Part shown: one piece after another, positions 27,001 through 42,000 of the stretch | Layout of the letters: each line of letters starts with the position of its first letter | Numbering within the stretch: the stretch's first letter is position 1 | DNA from: Bispira polyomma | Taxonomy: Eukaryota | Length of the DNA: 64,000 nt | NCBI GenBank assembly: GCA_965649765.1 | Contig: OZ287749.1 | Coordinates: 24,304,001-24,368,000, forward strand | Direction of reading: 5' to 3' | Made by a program: the position numbers and the translations under genes | The notes under the pieces: model-generated | Seen by the model: only the letters and a program-made list of their open reading frames with translations | The model's database searches: none | Told to the model about the DNA's origin: nothing

Positions 27001-30000
27001 TGGAGGTTCCAGCTGTAGTTTTAAGAATGCCTTGCCTGTTTCATTGTAGACATTGGGGTAGACTCCTTCAGCAGCCATGTAAGCTTCCAAGTCCTTGTGG
27101 AATAACTGCACAACCGAGCCACCCTGGAGGTCAACAAGTGTAATACTGTCAATTATTGAAAGAACCTTGCTGCTGTTAGTTTAATGCGCTCATATATATA
27201 TATATATACACACATTAATATTACATGCCCATTTTCCACAAAGAACGAGAGACCACAGTGGCCTAGTGGTTATAAACTTCTGGTTTAAAATCACTGGCCT
27301 CTCACTTCTGGGGATAAAATCCCACAAATTCCTTCTTCATGTGAGAAAGTTGTCGGGTACTGGCCGTAGGTCGGTGGTTTTTCCCACCATTAATCATGAC
27401 TGTCGCATTATGACCAAAGCTGTTGAAAACGACGTAAAACCTAAATAAATTCAAATAAATAAATCTAAGGAAGAACTCTCCTCAGGTCTTGTATGACTAC
27501 ACTAGGATCGACTCAACTCTGTAACTCACTTGGCTGAGAGGGGGGGGGGGGGGGGGGGGGGGGGGATCATGATGCATCTCCACCATGTAAACAACAGAAA
27601 GACCTTGTTTTCTGCTGAGATTCGATCCCTGATTTTGTGGATCTTGATATTAACAGTAACACGCACAACAGTTGAGCTTAAAAAGCCTGAGTTTTTAATT
27701 CACTCAAATACACTGATATTCCAATACCATTATAACTTTTAATTATTCCACAACTTTGACTAAGTTTTCTAGGTTGAGACTAGTGAGTACAGATTATATT
27801 AGATTAGTTTGTGTTTTAGCCCCTTGGAGACCTTTAAATGCCTGGGGACAGGCAGTCGACAGTAAAGTCTATTCATCAGTGCCATGTCTGTCGACCAGCA
27901 GTCGACACTCCCATAATTATATTGTTTTTCATTCTTTCAGTACTGCTTGGTATATTAGAGTTCCCCCTAATTAAATCATCATATATGTGTGCATTATGAA
28001 ACCCAAGAAATCACCTGTAGTGAATGTTTTGAATAACTTCAGCTATCTGCAACCTTATACCTGGGAATTTCCTTTGATATATGTGAATACTGTTCCATTA
28101 ATGGCAAAGGACTTAATGTGTCACTTTAAACATGTTTTGTGTCATCATATTCCCGAGTCCCATGAGGATATACACACAGTAATTGCTGTTTTTTTAATTT
28201 TCCCCTAAAAAGTCCAAAGCAATATAAATATGCATATTCCATGATAAAGTATTAAGAGCCTTACAAAACCGCCAACTACACGACACTACAAGGGACGACA
28301 CATCGCTGCACAACTCTAATATACACACCAAACACGACACCACACTACATAATCCATATAAAGTACATGTTTAACTGAATCCCCCATTCCCATAATGTAC
28401 CTGTATATAGAATAACCATATGGGTATTGTATATATAGCAACAACATAACATATTTTTGTAGAAATTTCTCCAAGGCCAATTGCTGTGTCGTGCAGTGTA
28501 GTGTGGTGTAGTGTCGTGCTGGGAGCAATCTTGAGAATCTATATATTTCCTTATTTATATTTAATTGTAATGTTGTGTCAGCGGTCTGTAAGGCCCCTAA
28601 TGCTCGTAAAGGAGTAAAACACTGGTCTAATTTAACTAAGGAATTAAAAATTCACCACACACTTGTAAATCCCTATCTAGTAAATGTCAAGTAATTCTCT
28701 CAAGATATAGTTTGTTTTACAATTGCTTCATGCTTTACCATAATTATTATTATGCTGATTTAAAGAAATCTTCCAAATCTTTAATTTTGGCCAATCTAAT
28801 TAAGGATTTATCAAAAGACAAATATCAGATATGTGTGACATTTTAGATTGTTTACTGCAAAATTTGCATGTTTTGTAGTAAACCAAATAAAAGTAACTAC
28901 AGCTTAACACTTTTAAGTCAAACCTCAAGTGATCAGGAGAAACACCTTTACTTAAAGCTGGATTTCCACTTAACAGGCTTGATTTTAAAAGAAAAGGTCT
29001 TTGTGGGACTGCCGATTTTTTTCAACATAAAAGGGAAAATTTACTTCATTTTATTAAATTGAGTTCTACTTAAAGGGGTTCAGCTGTACAATTATATCAT
29101 TAAAACTTCACTAAACCATCATGTTCTGAGTCATCCATATCATATCGTCTATTAGAATTAATGTTATTTGTCATTGACAAGTAAGCCTATTATTCACCGT
29201 ACCCTTAAAACCTCTGCAGCCTCCTTTTTCTTTGGACTGTAATGTCTGAGGACAGTGAAGACAGCTTTTTCTATCCCACAATTCAATTCGGTGATGCTTT
29301 GATTGTTGTTTTGGATGGTGACATGTAAAAACGTGCCAATCGATTTGACACTTTCTAACACAATTTGATCTTCTAATTCCACCTGTAAAACAAAATAGAA
29401 AATGTTGTGTACAATTTCAAGGCTCTTATCCATTATATATTTTTATGGATACAGCAGAACCTCTATTATTTGAACTTCTGCTATCCGAATATTTGATTTT
29501 TTTTACGAACTCATTTTCACTCTCCCAAATCTAGTTTTGTCCTGTTGATTTATATCAAAATCATTTTACTAAGATGTTCCAATAATAGGGGGTTCTACTG
29601 TACATTAAATATAAATTGTGTGACCTTGTGAGGTGAAGGTTAGTATCTTTATACCATTTTCTATGCAATGTATGCCACTGTTTTAAGGAGAGAGGGTCAG
29701 AAATAAACATATCATGTATCATGTTTGAAGTTTTATTTTGCTTAAAATTAGTTCCCATGAAGTTAACAGATAGTTGGGTTAACATAACATATCTACCATA
29801 AAACATAAGTTTAGTTATTAACATCTAGTTTTAAAACATCTATGCATTATCTAACCCACCATGTTATCACTACCAATGGTTACTCTTTTCAGCAACCAGC
29901 TGTGTGAAGCATCAAATGTAAACCAGGATGCCTAACACATCCAATTTCTATATGTAACACAGGATTACTAAAGTGGGCTTCGCACCATAACGGTAAGGAG

Positions 30001-33000
30001 AGGCGGTAAGAGATGTAATGAAAATCGTCTTGTAGCCCGGTTAACCCTATCTATAACTTTCCTTAACTTCAGCCTTCTTCCCGAACCTTCTGCAGTAGGC
30101 TGGGTGAGGCAGAAGTTTTTCACATGGTCGAAACTTAGGCGAAAAAGGGTGGAAATATCCTCCACCCGTTTCTGAGTATTCTCGTATAATGTCAGTATCT
30201 CTTTCGTTCCAGTATATCGTGTGTTTCTGCCAATTTCGAGTATTTCTGTGTATTTCCATATCACTACTGTAAATCTTCCATGGCAGTAATCATCTGCTTC
30301 CATCCGTGAAACTTATCTGGACAAGTTTCACTTCATATGAGGGGTATATTTTTCTTAGATGGAAAAGCAGATATGCCAGGTGGAAGGATAAGTTACAGTA
30401 TCTTCTGGTACCACCTACCATACCTACTATACTTGCCAATGTATAAACGGGGCCTTACGCATCCAACAATTTGAAGTGTATAGACCATATCCAATTACTG
30501 ACACCCTGCATTAAAGGTGACAGTCACAGTATTAATTATCAGATTTATAGAACATGGCCTACTTTTCTATTCCTTTTTGATCCCTTTTTATACATTTTCT
30601 TCATGTGTTTTAATTTGGTAAATGACAACAGAGACAGGGGACTGGTCAATGACATTTCTTATCTTCCCTTTTAGGGGTGAAAATTTAGTCACCCTTCACC
30701 TTGTAAACATACACAAAATTTATGATACATATTAGAAAATCAAACCTAACTTTTTGTTTTCTTTTAATATTTCTTCATTTTATCAATAAAAATAAGTTAA
30801 TTTTTCCTCAATGGAAAAACCCCTACTTCAAACACCCGTCACTGATCCTCTGTCACCAGACATCTGTTGGGTGTCTCTTGAATAAAAAACGTAGGCTAAT
30901 AAATGAGAGTAAATACACATACCCGTTCACCTTCTGTTTTTACTTTATATCTCGGGACAATCCTAAACTGAGCATGTTTGGAATTGTAATCGTCAAGTTT
31001 CACCTGAAAAATAATTTGCCGTTAATAATTGTAATTGTAATTAGACTTTTATAGTGCTTAATCTCCCCTTAACGAAGGGGACTCTAAGGCGCAACAGCAC
31101 AAAAGACAGTAATCTAATTTCCAATATCAAGGGACAGAAAAGGGTCAGCACCACAGAGCGTGCCGGGGGATGATGGAGACTAAGGTGGGTATGCTTTGGT
31201 GTACAAGTGGGTTTCAAGCTGCTTTCTAAAACAGGCTAGTGAGGGGGACGCAGGAATAGCATTCCAAACAATGGGAGCATCAACAGCAAAGCTGTGACCA
31301 AACTGTTTAACTGACTTTTGAGTAGATGGGTGGAACTTTGCAACTAGGAAATTACTACCACTCTGACTGCGTCTGCTGTTGTTTTTGTATCTCAATCAGC
31401 TAAATTTATATAATAAATTTATCCAACTAAAGTTTACTTGAAATTAATCCGCAATAAGTCGATGTAAAGAAAAGTCTACTTCTGCTAACTGAGCACAAGG
31501 AAACAATTGTTATAACAAATATTAAAGCCCGTCAAAATACAATACAATACACCACATTTGGTGAAATGTATTATATACACTTGTATTTAAATTATTTATT
31601 TGGAATTTTATATAGCAAACGCAGAGAACACCAAATTTCCACATACAAAATGTGGAAATCCGGATCCGGAAAACAAAAATTATTTTTTAAATTCTAGAGG
31701 TATTTACTCCACTGAGTGCCCTTCTAGTGTGAGCTCTTTTTAAATAATTTAAGTGTGCCCCTAAGCTTTAGCACATCTTGCCAAATAACATTAGACAAAT
31801 TAAAAAAGACAACATTTTTGTTTTGATGAGGGATATAAAGACTCTTATCTAACCTAATGTGGTATCGATGAATGTTTTAGATCAATATTGGCATCTTAAA
31901 TACACTTTATTGCATTATATTGTCTAATTATTGAGGACACACTTACCAGCATCTTGTTCCTGTCCACTGCACTAGTTTCTGTTGTACTGACCAGTAGGAA
32001 TTTACTGGTAAACACGTGTCTCAGCTGGAAGGAGAAATAAAGCTTAAAAAAACCTTGAAAGGAACTTATGAATCCTTAAACTAAGCAACTAAAAGAAACA
32101 AAAAGCATTTTTTTTTTGTTAATTGTTTTTAAAAGATATACAGTATTACCTGAACTATTACATGACCTTCTATTATCCGAATATTAATCTATTTCATGAC
32201 TTCAGTCACACTCTCTCAAATTCATGTTCTCCTGTTGTTTTATACAGAAATACTGCTACTGTTTTATTAACTTTCTTTCATCCAAACCAAATCTTACTCT
32301 CGCAACATGTTCAGATAATAGAGGTTTAACTATATATCGGAACCTCCTCGGTGTGGGGCTAACACTCTCGCTTCTCACGGTCACAGGTTTAAATTTCTTG
32401 TTAACGGCCATGGTTTACAGTACAGAAATGTTAACCGACTGTACTGGTTTCATAGTCCAGTAAACTAGCTGCCAAAATGTAATACTTTAAGTGTTAAAAG
32501 CGCTTGTTTAAACCCCAAATAACATAAATAGGACTGTAATCGCTAGGACATGGGTCAGATTACACACAACACGCTTATGCATTTTGGGACCATATCTGTC
32601 GTGAGCATTTTAACAATATTTTGCTATTGCATGATGGGAGTTTTTATATGTAAACTGTTGTACACTACTTTCACTGGATTGTTTTGTGAAACACACTTTG
32701 CTAACATAATGTACAGCTATTACATCCTCATGTATTATATTTTTTTATTATTTATTCTTCATCCTCTACAGTGTATGTTCTCCAATGAGGGATGGTTCTA
32801 CAATTATATAGCATATTGGTCATCATCAATTAAGACAATATTATGTTCACAGATCTTGCTAAAAGATGTTCACCCCAGATAACCATTATGGTGCTACAGC
32901 GAATAAATCTGATCACCAGAGCAAGTCCCTGAGCGAGAGTCTTAAACCAAGGACTTTTCTGAACACTAGACCAACTCCTCAACTGGGTGTGGAACTGGGA

Positions 33001-36000
33001 CCTTCTGATCATCAGACAACTCCCTAATTATAAACCACTAGGAGACAACAGGAAACAGGGCACTTCACCAAAACTATGGCAAACAAAAGTTGTATTTTTA
33101 AAAAGACACAGACACACAGTATGAACAACATTAACCCGACACCCATGAGTTTGACCAGGTCAATTGCCTCCATCCAATCCATGAAGGCCTTACATATTAT
33201 TTCCAACATGGCGACAATATCAGGCAGTCCCTGATTAAGCCGACACCCCTCAGTTTCGCGGGTTGATTAAATCCAACCAATCCATGATGGCAGCACCCTT
33301 AACAGAATGAAATCAATATCAGGCTATGCCTGAAAAAACCCACCTGTACAATATCACCATACTTAATGGGTTGGCCCAGTAATCTCCTCTGTTCTGTCAA
33401 ATTATCTTTGACTTCAATTTCTGCTGCTTCCTACAAAATATATAACTTGCGAGATATAGGTATAACATAGATATATAGAGTCTTAAGTGTAATGGCTGAT
33501 TTACATTCACCTGAATCCTAATATTTAGATTTGAATGTATTTACGTCACTTTTAACATTTTTTAGTCATAAAATGTGATGGCTAGATTTATTTGGTAGAG
33601 GAAAGCAGTACTATATATTTGTACTGTAAACAACCAATCTATAATAATAATAATAATAATAATTGCAGTATTCAATGTGTCAATATCTATCTAAAGATAA
33701 TCACTGATACTACAAATTATTACCCTAGATCTATGCTAACTTTCCCCAGGTGAAATTAGCAGTGAGAGTCAAACCGACTGTTCTCAGAGGTGATAGGCTA
33801 GTGGTATCAAAGCAGACACTTGTAACCACTATATCATCGCAGCCCCTCCAAATAATCTGATCTTTTAGTATAAACAGATATTTGAAATTAATCTGCAAGC
33901 CATTTTGAATATGTGGGCCACATAAAATAAGCAAACAAAAAAAAATTTCAAATTTATACTCAATGGATTTATACCTTTGTCTGGTATTCTAATTAGCTAA
34001 TTAACCTTTTCTGGACTGTCCAAGTACATTGTACAGCCAAGGAGCACCAGTATTGTATTGTATTGTACATTTTTAACGCGTCTCATTGATGCCAGGCATT
34101 TTCTAAGGCGCAACATCAGAATCGATCAGCCAATAGAAAAATCGATAAACAATAGCCAAGTCGTAAGGATGAATGCGTCAGCGCCCAGGGAGAGGACTAC
34201 GGAGGATAGGCGAGCTTTTTCCTGAATCGATAAAGTGTTTCAAGCATTCTAAGTTTAACTGGAAGGCGGTTCCATAGCATAGGGGCGGCGACCGAGAAGT
34301 CTCTAGATCCGACCCTCTTGGTGGGTTTTTTAGAGGAAACAGAGAGTCTCTTTCCCCTTTTAAGGTTGCTGAAGGAGAGTTTACTGTTCTTCTCCTAAGA
34401 GAAGACAAGAGGCTTGAGGATGACCAACTATCAATGTCCCCAAGGTTCTTTAGCCTGTCACTGAGGATAAGACCCAATGACAGAGGACCAATATCTTAAG
34501 TAGTTATCTAAGCCACTATGTATCTGCCTGTACCTGGAGCCCCAGACTGGGTTTAAACCCAAGTCCTCTGTAATCCTAAGCAAGTGTTACCCACTTAGAA
34601 GCCAGAGTAGCAGATCTATGCTACTTTTTTCTATGGGATTCTAACATTAAACCTATCATGATTCCTATGTCTGTCAGCAAGCAGTCAACACCCCAAAACT
34701 GTTATTTTATTTTCGTTTAGATCCTCACAATAGAAAAGTGTTAGTACAGCAGGCTTCTCCGTTTAAAAAATTATAGTTGAGGCCATTGTTAAATGGCAGA
34801 AGTAGTCTGTGAGGTGTGTTTTAGTGACTTCAGCTATCTGTAAGCTATTACCGAAAAATTTACTTTGGTTCCCGGCAATAGTTTTTTTCCTGTCGCAAAA
34901 GGGATAAATATGAAACAGTCAAGAAGAAGTATGATAATCTGAACACTGGGTATTTGTTTAAAGAAGTAGGATTTTGGGGTAGAGATAGGACACATATTTG
35001 GCTACATATTTGACTATCATGGTGTATAAATGGAACAAAGTCTGAAATATTTCCATTTTGATCACAATATGCATGTTACAACATTTGAGCTATCATGTAT
35101 TTATTAATTTACCCTAATACTAAAGAAAGAAAACATAACAGTAAATTAATCATTATTAGACCTTGCTAAAGGTACATGATAACATTTGGTGTTGACGTGA
35201 CTTATTACATGTATATATATGAAGCCATTAATTCAGTTCATATATTTCCTTTTCAGTGTTAAAGTGCCAAAATAGCTTTGCATGCATGGTGGCGATTTGA
35301 AATATTATATCAATGTTTTTTTAATTATAGTAACTTGTTATGGCAGGACTTGTTTTTAAATTGTCAATATTTGTATTCTTATTACACTCTTGAGCAATTA
35401 TCATTATATAAGTCATACTGAAATATATTATACAAACAGAGTGTATATTTCTATGTTGCCACTTGTATAGTACGTAATTATATGTTTACAGAAATGAACA
35501 CAGCATCTCAAATAACATCTAGTTATTTCGGGAAATTCTACAAACACAACTTTGTTTAAAAATGATTACAGTTTTTAGGTCGGAGACCTTCTAATGTGAT
35601 CATTAACTGGGGGCCGCCATGTTGTATGACAGGTCTAAGATGAACCATGTACGGGGTGTAGATTCATTGATAACATTCATGAAAACGTATATCTGTTTTT
35701 TTATCGTGGTTAATGTTATATTTGTCTCATATTTATGGTGAATATATTTCTCTTATATATATGGAAAAATGAAAGAGTAATTTGATGTAAAAACACAATG
35801 TCTTATGTTTAAATAGTCAACACAGGTTGTTTACTTCTGGCATTCTTGTGTTATAGCTGACCAAATTTGAAAGTAGGCCAAATCGCTAAGCCTGGGCTTC
35901 CTTTCACCAGCAGCGATTTTATCGGTCATTACTTAATATTATTAAGTGCTTCCTTTCACCATATTTGCTGGAGATCAAATCAGACGTCGGCAGACGTCTG

Positions 36001-39000
36001 TTGCCCTAACATATTTTATCGGTTAGGAAGAGAATAAAAAAATGAAAAAAAAAATTCTCATACCATTTTATATAGTAGATATTGGAACAAAGGAAGCCCT
36101 ACATCGGTTGATGTTAGCTCAGTTTGGTTTTAATAAATCGGCCAACTTCGGTGCCTGCTAAAAGGAAGCCCTGGCTAAGCCAAATAGTTACTACTAAAGC
36201 CTGGAATGTCACTCGGAACAGGAATAGACCTGCAAAAGTGTTAGTGTATAATAGACTTACATAAAGCAGCCTTCACCTACCTTTGACCTGCCTTTTTTTA
36301 GGGCTATTCTTGTGCTGACTGTGCTATATACATGACAATAGTAACTCAGTATATGTATTTGTCTTGGTATCTTATTCAATTATTTTTAACAGAAGCCTTC
36401 TTTAGTTGCAGTAATTTAATCAATTCTTCAATAATAATACATGTAATAAGATTGCAATGCTTTACACACGCTTTAAACCCATTAAAATTTATTAGACACA
36501 TCAACATACATTGTATTTATTCAAAATTACCCATGAGCTATTTAATATAAATTGAATTTCTTTTTCTATTGCAATTACATTTCCTCACTTTTGTGCGAGT
36601 GCCCTTACTGAAGGCAAAGAATTGGTCACATATCTTCGATGCAATGTAACAAACCAAAAGACGGAAATTATATATATGTAATCAGTCTGGTTTCTTAGTC
36701 AATGCTTATACTGTTAATAGGTAGCCAAGATTATGTAAAACTGTAACACAAGTACAGAGTAAATTGTAAGATTGACTTAGCTAAGAAACTACCAAAGTTG
36801 GTATCCTCAAAAAAATTAATTATATATTGATTAGCTCATTTTAAAAATTTTTTTTAAATGACTAAAATTCTAAATACAGTAGTTATAATGTTTAAATTTT
36901 GGATGATGTTTTTTTGGGCCTGCAAAATATCATTCACTAATTTTTATGATCAGCTTTCTGTATTTATCTTTTGTTTTGTTATTTCCATGTACGTCAGTGT
37001 AAGTATTTTCTTTTTTATTCAATCCATACTTACTAAATTTTTTGTAATAACTTACCTTAGCATTTTCCAGTGAGCTGTCTGACACTGATGACTGTGACCT
37101 GGAGGCTTCATCGTGTAACTTGCGATACCGCTTGGTCAGTTTGTATCGATTCTGGGTCAAAACTTGAAAACTGACAACTGAAATACAATGTAAAAGAATA
37201 ATTATATGAGTGGTAAAGATATACTGTAACATGCTCTTCCCAAGTTTCCATGTTAAAAAAAGGACAGTTTTTATTAACAATTCATAATTAATAGATTTAT
37301 TATATGTATATGTATTGAAAACATCCATTTATTTATGTTAAGTAGAAGTTTTGTTATGTAGAACAATTGTTTATGGTCTCTTCAGATTCGAAATAACAGA
37401 GTTCCATTGCAGGTCAATCAAGCTTGCATAATTAAAAATACATCTCCAAATTTTGTGATGAGGTTTTAGAGCCAAAAGGCACTACATTACAAATGAACCG
37501 CATTGTAACTGGCATAAGATCATTCTTAAGACTCGATTGTGCATACATACTATAATCAGACTATCTGTGGAATTTGTACAGAATCTTTGGACAGTAAACA
37601 TATGTATCAAATATGGCTTAGTGTTCAGTAAGCCATTGAATTCAGTGTTGAGTCACCTCCCTCAAAAGGTCACAAGTACAGGTTATTGCACATATTTTTC
37701 TACATATATAGTTCTACATAGCCTTCATTTAAAATTTGAGTAGGAGGTTAAACTTAAGTTTATTTGGACAACATGTGGCCAGTGCCTGTATTGTACAACA
37801 TGTGGTCAGTGCCTGTATTGTACAACATGTGGTCAGTGCCTGTATTGTACAACATGTGGTCAGTGCCTGTATTGTACAACATGTGGCCAGTGCCTGTATT
37901 GTACAACATGTGGTCAGTGCCTGTATTGTACAACATGTGGCCAGTGCCCGTATTGTACAACATGTGGCCAGTGCCTGTATTGGACAACATGTGGTCAGTG
38001 CCTGTATTGGACAACATGTGGCCAGTGCCCGTATTGTACAACATGTGGCCAGTGCCCGTATTGTACAACATGTGGTCAGTGCCCGTATTGTACAACATGT
38101 GGCCAGTGCCCGTATTGTACAACATGTGGCCAGTGCCCGTATTGTACAACATGTGGTCAGTGCCTGTATTGGACAACATGTGGCCAGTGCCTGTATTGTA
38201 CAACATGTGGCCAGTGCCTGTATTGTACAACATGGGGCCAGTGCCTGTATTGGACAACATGTGGTCAGTGCCTGTATTGGACAACATGTGGCCAGTGCCT
38301 GTATTGGACAACATGTGGCCAGTGCCCGTATTGGACAACATGTGGCCAGTGCCTGTATTGTACAACATGTGGCCAGTGCCTGTATTGGACAACATGTGGT
38401 CAGTGCCTGTATTGGACAACATGTGGCCAGTGCCTGTATTGGACAACATGTGGCCAGTGCCCGTATTGGACAACATGTGGCCAGTGCCTGTATTGGACAA
38501 CATGTGGCCAGTGCCCGTATTGGACAACATGTGGCCAGTGCCTGTATTGGACAACATGTGGCCAGTGCCCGTATTGGACAACATGTGGCCAGTGCCTGTA
38601 TTGTACAACATGTGGCCAGTGCCTGTATTGTACAACATGTGGCCAGTGCCTGTATTGTACAACATGTGGCCAGTGCCTGTATTGGACAACATGTGGCCAG
38701 TGCCCGTATTGGACAACATGTGGCCAGTGCCCGTATTGGACAACATGTGGCCAGTGCCCGTATTGGACAACATGTGGCCAGTGCCTGTATTGGACAATAT
38801 ATGGTCTGGGCCCGTATTGGACAACATGTGGCTAGTGCCCGTATTGGACAACATGTGGTCTGGGCCCGTATTGCACAACATGTGGCCAGTGCCCGTACTA
38901 GACAACATGTGGTCTGGGCCCGTACTAGACAACATGTGGTCTGTGCCCGTATTGGACAACATGTGGCCAGTGCCCGTATTGGACAACATGTGGTCAGGGC

Positions 39001-42000
39001 CCGTATTGGACAACATGTGGTCTGGGCCCGTATTGGACAACATGTGGTCAGGGCCCGTATTGGACAACATGTGGTCTGGGCCCGTATTGGACAACATGTG
39101 GCCAGTGCCCATATTGGACAACATGTGGTCTGTGCCCGTATTGTACAACATGTGGCCAGTGCCTGTATTGGACAACATATGGTCTGTGCCCGTATTGGAC
39201 AACATATGGCCTGGGCCCGTATTGGACAACATGTGGTCTGGGCTTGTATTCACAAAAGGTCTTAAGTCAATATTTAGTCTTAAGTCTGAGACTTTTGTCT
39301 TAAATCTAAGACAAAAAATTGTCTCAAATTGAGTGGTAATCACAAAACAGTTCAGCCAATTTTTTGTCCCAGATTTGGTTTTAAAGTTAAGACTGGTTAG
39401 GAGGTGTCTCTGAAAGTCTTTAACAAAAGGTCTCATTTGTCTCAAATCTACTATATATTTGTTTTTTTTTGTGGACTTTTTGTTTTTTTTTGTTGTTTTT
39501 TTGCTGGCAATATTGTGGTTTAGTAAAATTTCAGTAAAAGTCCATCTAGTGACTCCTTTTAGGTTAAACTTTCTCAGCTATTTTACAATATATTTTTATT
39601 TTAACAGCATGTAAAGATTAAACATCTAATAGAACAAGTAGAACTTACTGGCAGTAGCACAGATCACACTATATGTAGTGTTTTTATCTGGACAATTTAT
39701 CTTCGCTAAATTATTTGTAAAAAACTATTCATTTGGTGTGTAGATAGTATAGTATAAAAAGAGTACCAGAAAAACAGTACCAGAAAACCATTTAATAGTC
39801 AGTGCCTAGTGACACTTTTTTGTATGTTTGCTCATTGTAAGGTGGGCCATTAACTTGGTGTGAATTATGTTCATTTATACTTAGAGATGTTCTTTCAAAA
39901 AAACCTCTCCTCTTTGTCAACCCCCCCCCCCCCCTCCCCCATATCTTTAAAAAAACACACCATATTTATCACAACTTTATATATATATATGTACATATAT
40001 ATTTTTTTGTCCTTGGCAGATGCTGATCCCATAAATCAGACTGCTGATTCACTCTTCCCGCAGAAAACATAATTAAGCATTATCTTACACAATTTTGAAT
40101 GAAACAAATTGTACTTACCAAATACTCTGATGTAATGATTTATTAGTGCACCACCCTCACAAAATGTGCTTAATGATAGAAATGCTTTGTGGTTGTGTGG
40201 GTTTGATAATTATGTGGAATTACTATATAAAGAAACTCCAATCTGACAAGATTTGAAGTCTCTGTCGACAGAAACTCCAATCCTAATTTATTCTTCACTA
40301 TGTGCATGATTAATAAGAATTTGAATTTCAAATCCTGTCAACAATTTTGACAGAAATTTCAATTGGAGTTTCTGTCGATGGAATTTCAAATAATATTAAT
40401 AAAATTTAAACTTTGTAAAAGACACCAAGGAATAAAAACATATTTTATTAAGATCAAATTAATTATAATGAAAATTTAAACTTTGTAAAAGACATCAAGG
40501 AATAAAAACATATTTTATTAAGTTCAAATTAATTATAATGAATACTTAACAAAAATTGTAATACATAATACATGGTAAAAGACATAAAACCCAGATTAAT
40601 AATATCAATAATGTAAAGTCTTCCCCTTTCTTTACTTTAATTATATATTTGTATGTCCATCCAAGAGGTTATAACATTCTGCTTTCTTATCCATATTCAA
40701 ACAACTTTAAATGATACATTTCAGCTTCCAAAGCATAAAGGGCCATTCTATTATGTAAATTGCAAAAACTCAATCAAGGCCATTTTAAGGTACTACTGTT
40801 ATACTCTGGAATGCATAAATCACCTTTGATCAACTTCAAAAAAGATTACTTCTATTCCTCTTTCTTTAATTTATTTATTTAAATTTGTTTACTCTTTATT
40901 ATTTCTTTTTTTCAAAAACAAGCAATGTCATACTATAAGTTGTCTAACTTCAGACATCACCTTTCAACATCAGGATCCATTGTAACATTGTGTATTGTAT
41001 AATATTATGCTAAATAAATATTATTATTAATTCATTTTAATGTTACTGAAGATTTGAATTTCTCTCAATTGAGATTTATGTCAAATATATCTGACAAGAT
41101 TTAAAATTCTGTTGACAGAAATTCCAATTTCAAATCTTGTCACATTGGAGTTTCTGTCACGACATATGCATATATAGTGTTTTTTCAGTCTATTTTACAA
41201 ATGTCAAATACCTGGGATACCAGATTCACATTCACAGGTATGGTATGATAGAAGAAAGATGAAAGATAACAAACTGTATGAGCAGACATCTAAGTAAGAC
41301 CCAATACCAGTAGTAGCGCTATATCTTCCTTTTTCTAATGAGTTATATATTCCGATGAACAGTTTTTTGGCGGAAGAAAGCAGTAGAGTGTACTTGGTCA
41401 AGGTTTTCTGGGATTAAGCATGTTTACTTTACCAATTTTCTCACAGTCATTGGGGACCCCTGGAGAGTGGCCAATATGAAAAGAAGTTATGAGGAAGACA
41501 ATGATGTAGCTCTTTGGGCATTTATTATTCTACACACATCTAACATCTACTTGTTAATACTGTTAGTATATTTCACATTACATTACATACATTAATACAT
41601 ACACTGGTCACCTTAACACAGTTAAGGGGACCTTACATAAAGTTTACCTTTCAGAGGAAGTGGACCTTAAGGCCACCTTAAATTAATATCATTAGTGACC
41701 TAAGGCCACCTTAACTTTAAAAGATTACCAAGGTCTTATGCAAACAAACAGTGACTTAAGGTCACCTTAAATTATTTAAAGGAATTGAGTTAAGGTGAGC
41801 CTAAATGAGAATGATTTGAAAGTTAAGATGGGTACCTGTTTAAGGTTACCTTAATTATTTACATTTAGTTACATTTTAGTTTAAGGCTAGCCAAACTTTC
41901 TTTCAAGGCTACCTTAATGCATAATCCTTTTAAGGTAGAGGTAAAGGTTTACTTTAAAGTTGTTACATGTTATATACTACGTTACAATGCCCAAATGCCA

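Noticed and set aside
37736-39445. Three 500+ aa ORFs with 9-aa periodicity
   Set aside because: By-product of a stop-poor 27-bp minisatellite that is open in several frames on both strands; intronic
41320-41430. Weak inverted similarity to the element 5' region (possible 3' ITR)
   Set aside because: Only about 15 of 19 matches in AT-rich DNA; not distinguishable from chance by eye
41606-41956. CRISPR array interpretation of the palindrome array
   Set aside because: Repeats are only 15 bp, spacing is irregular, there are no cas genes, and the context is a eukaryotic retroelement
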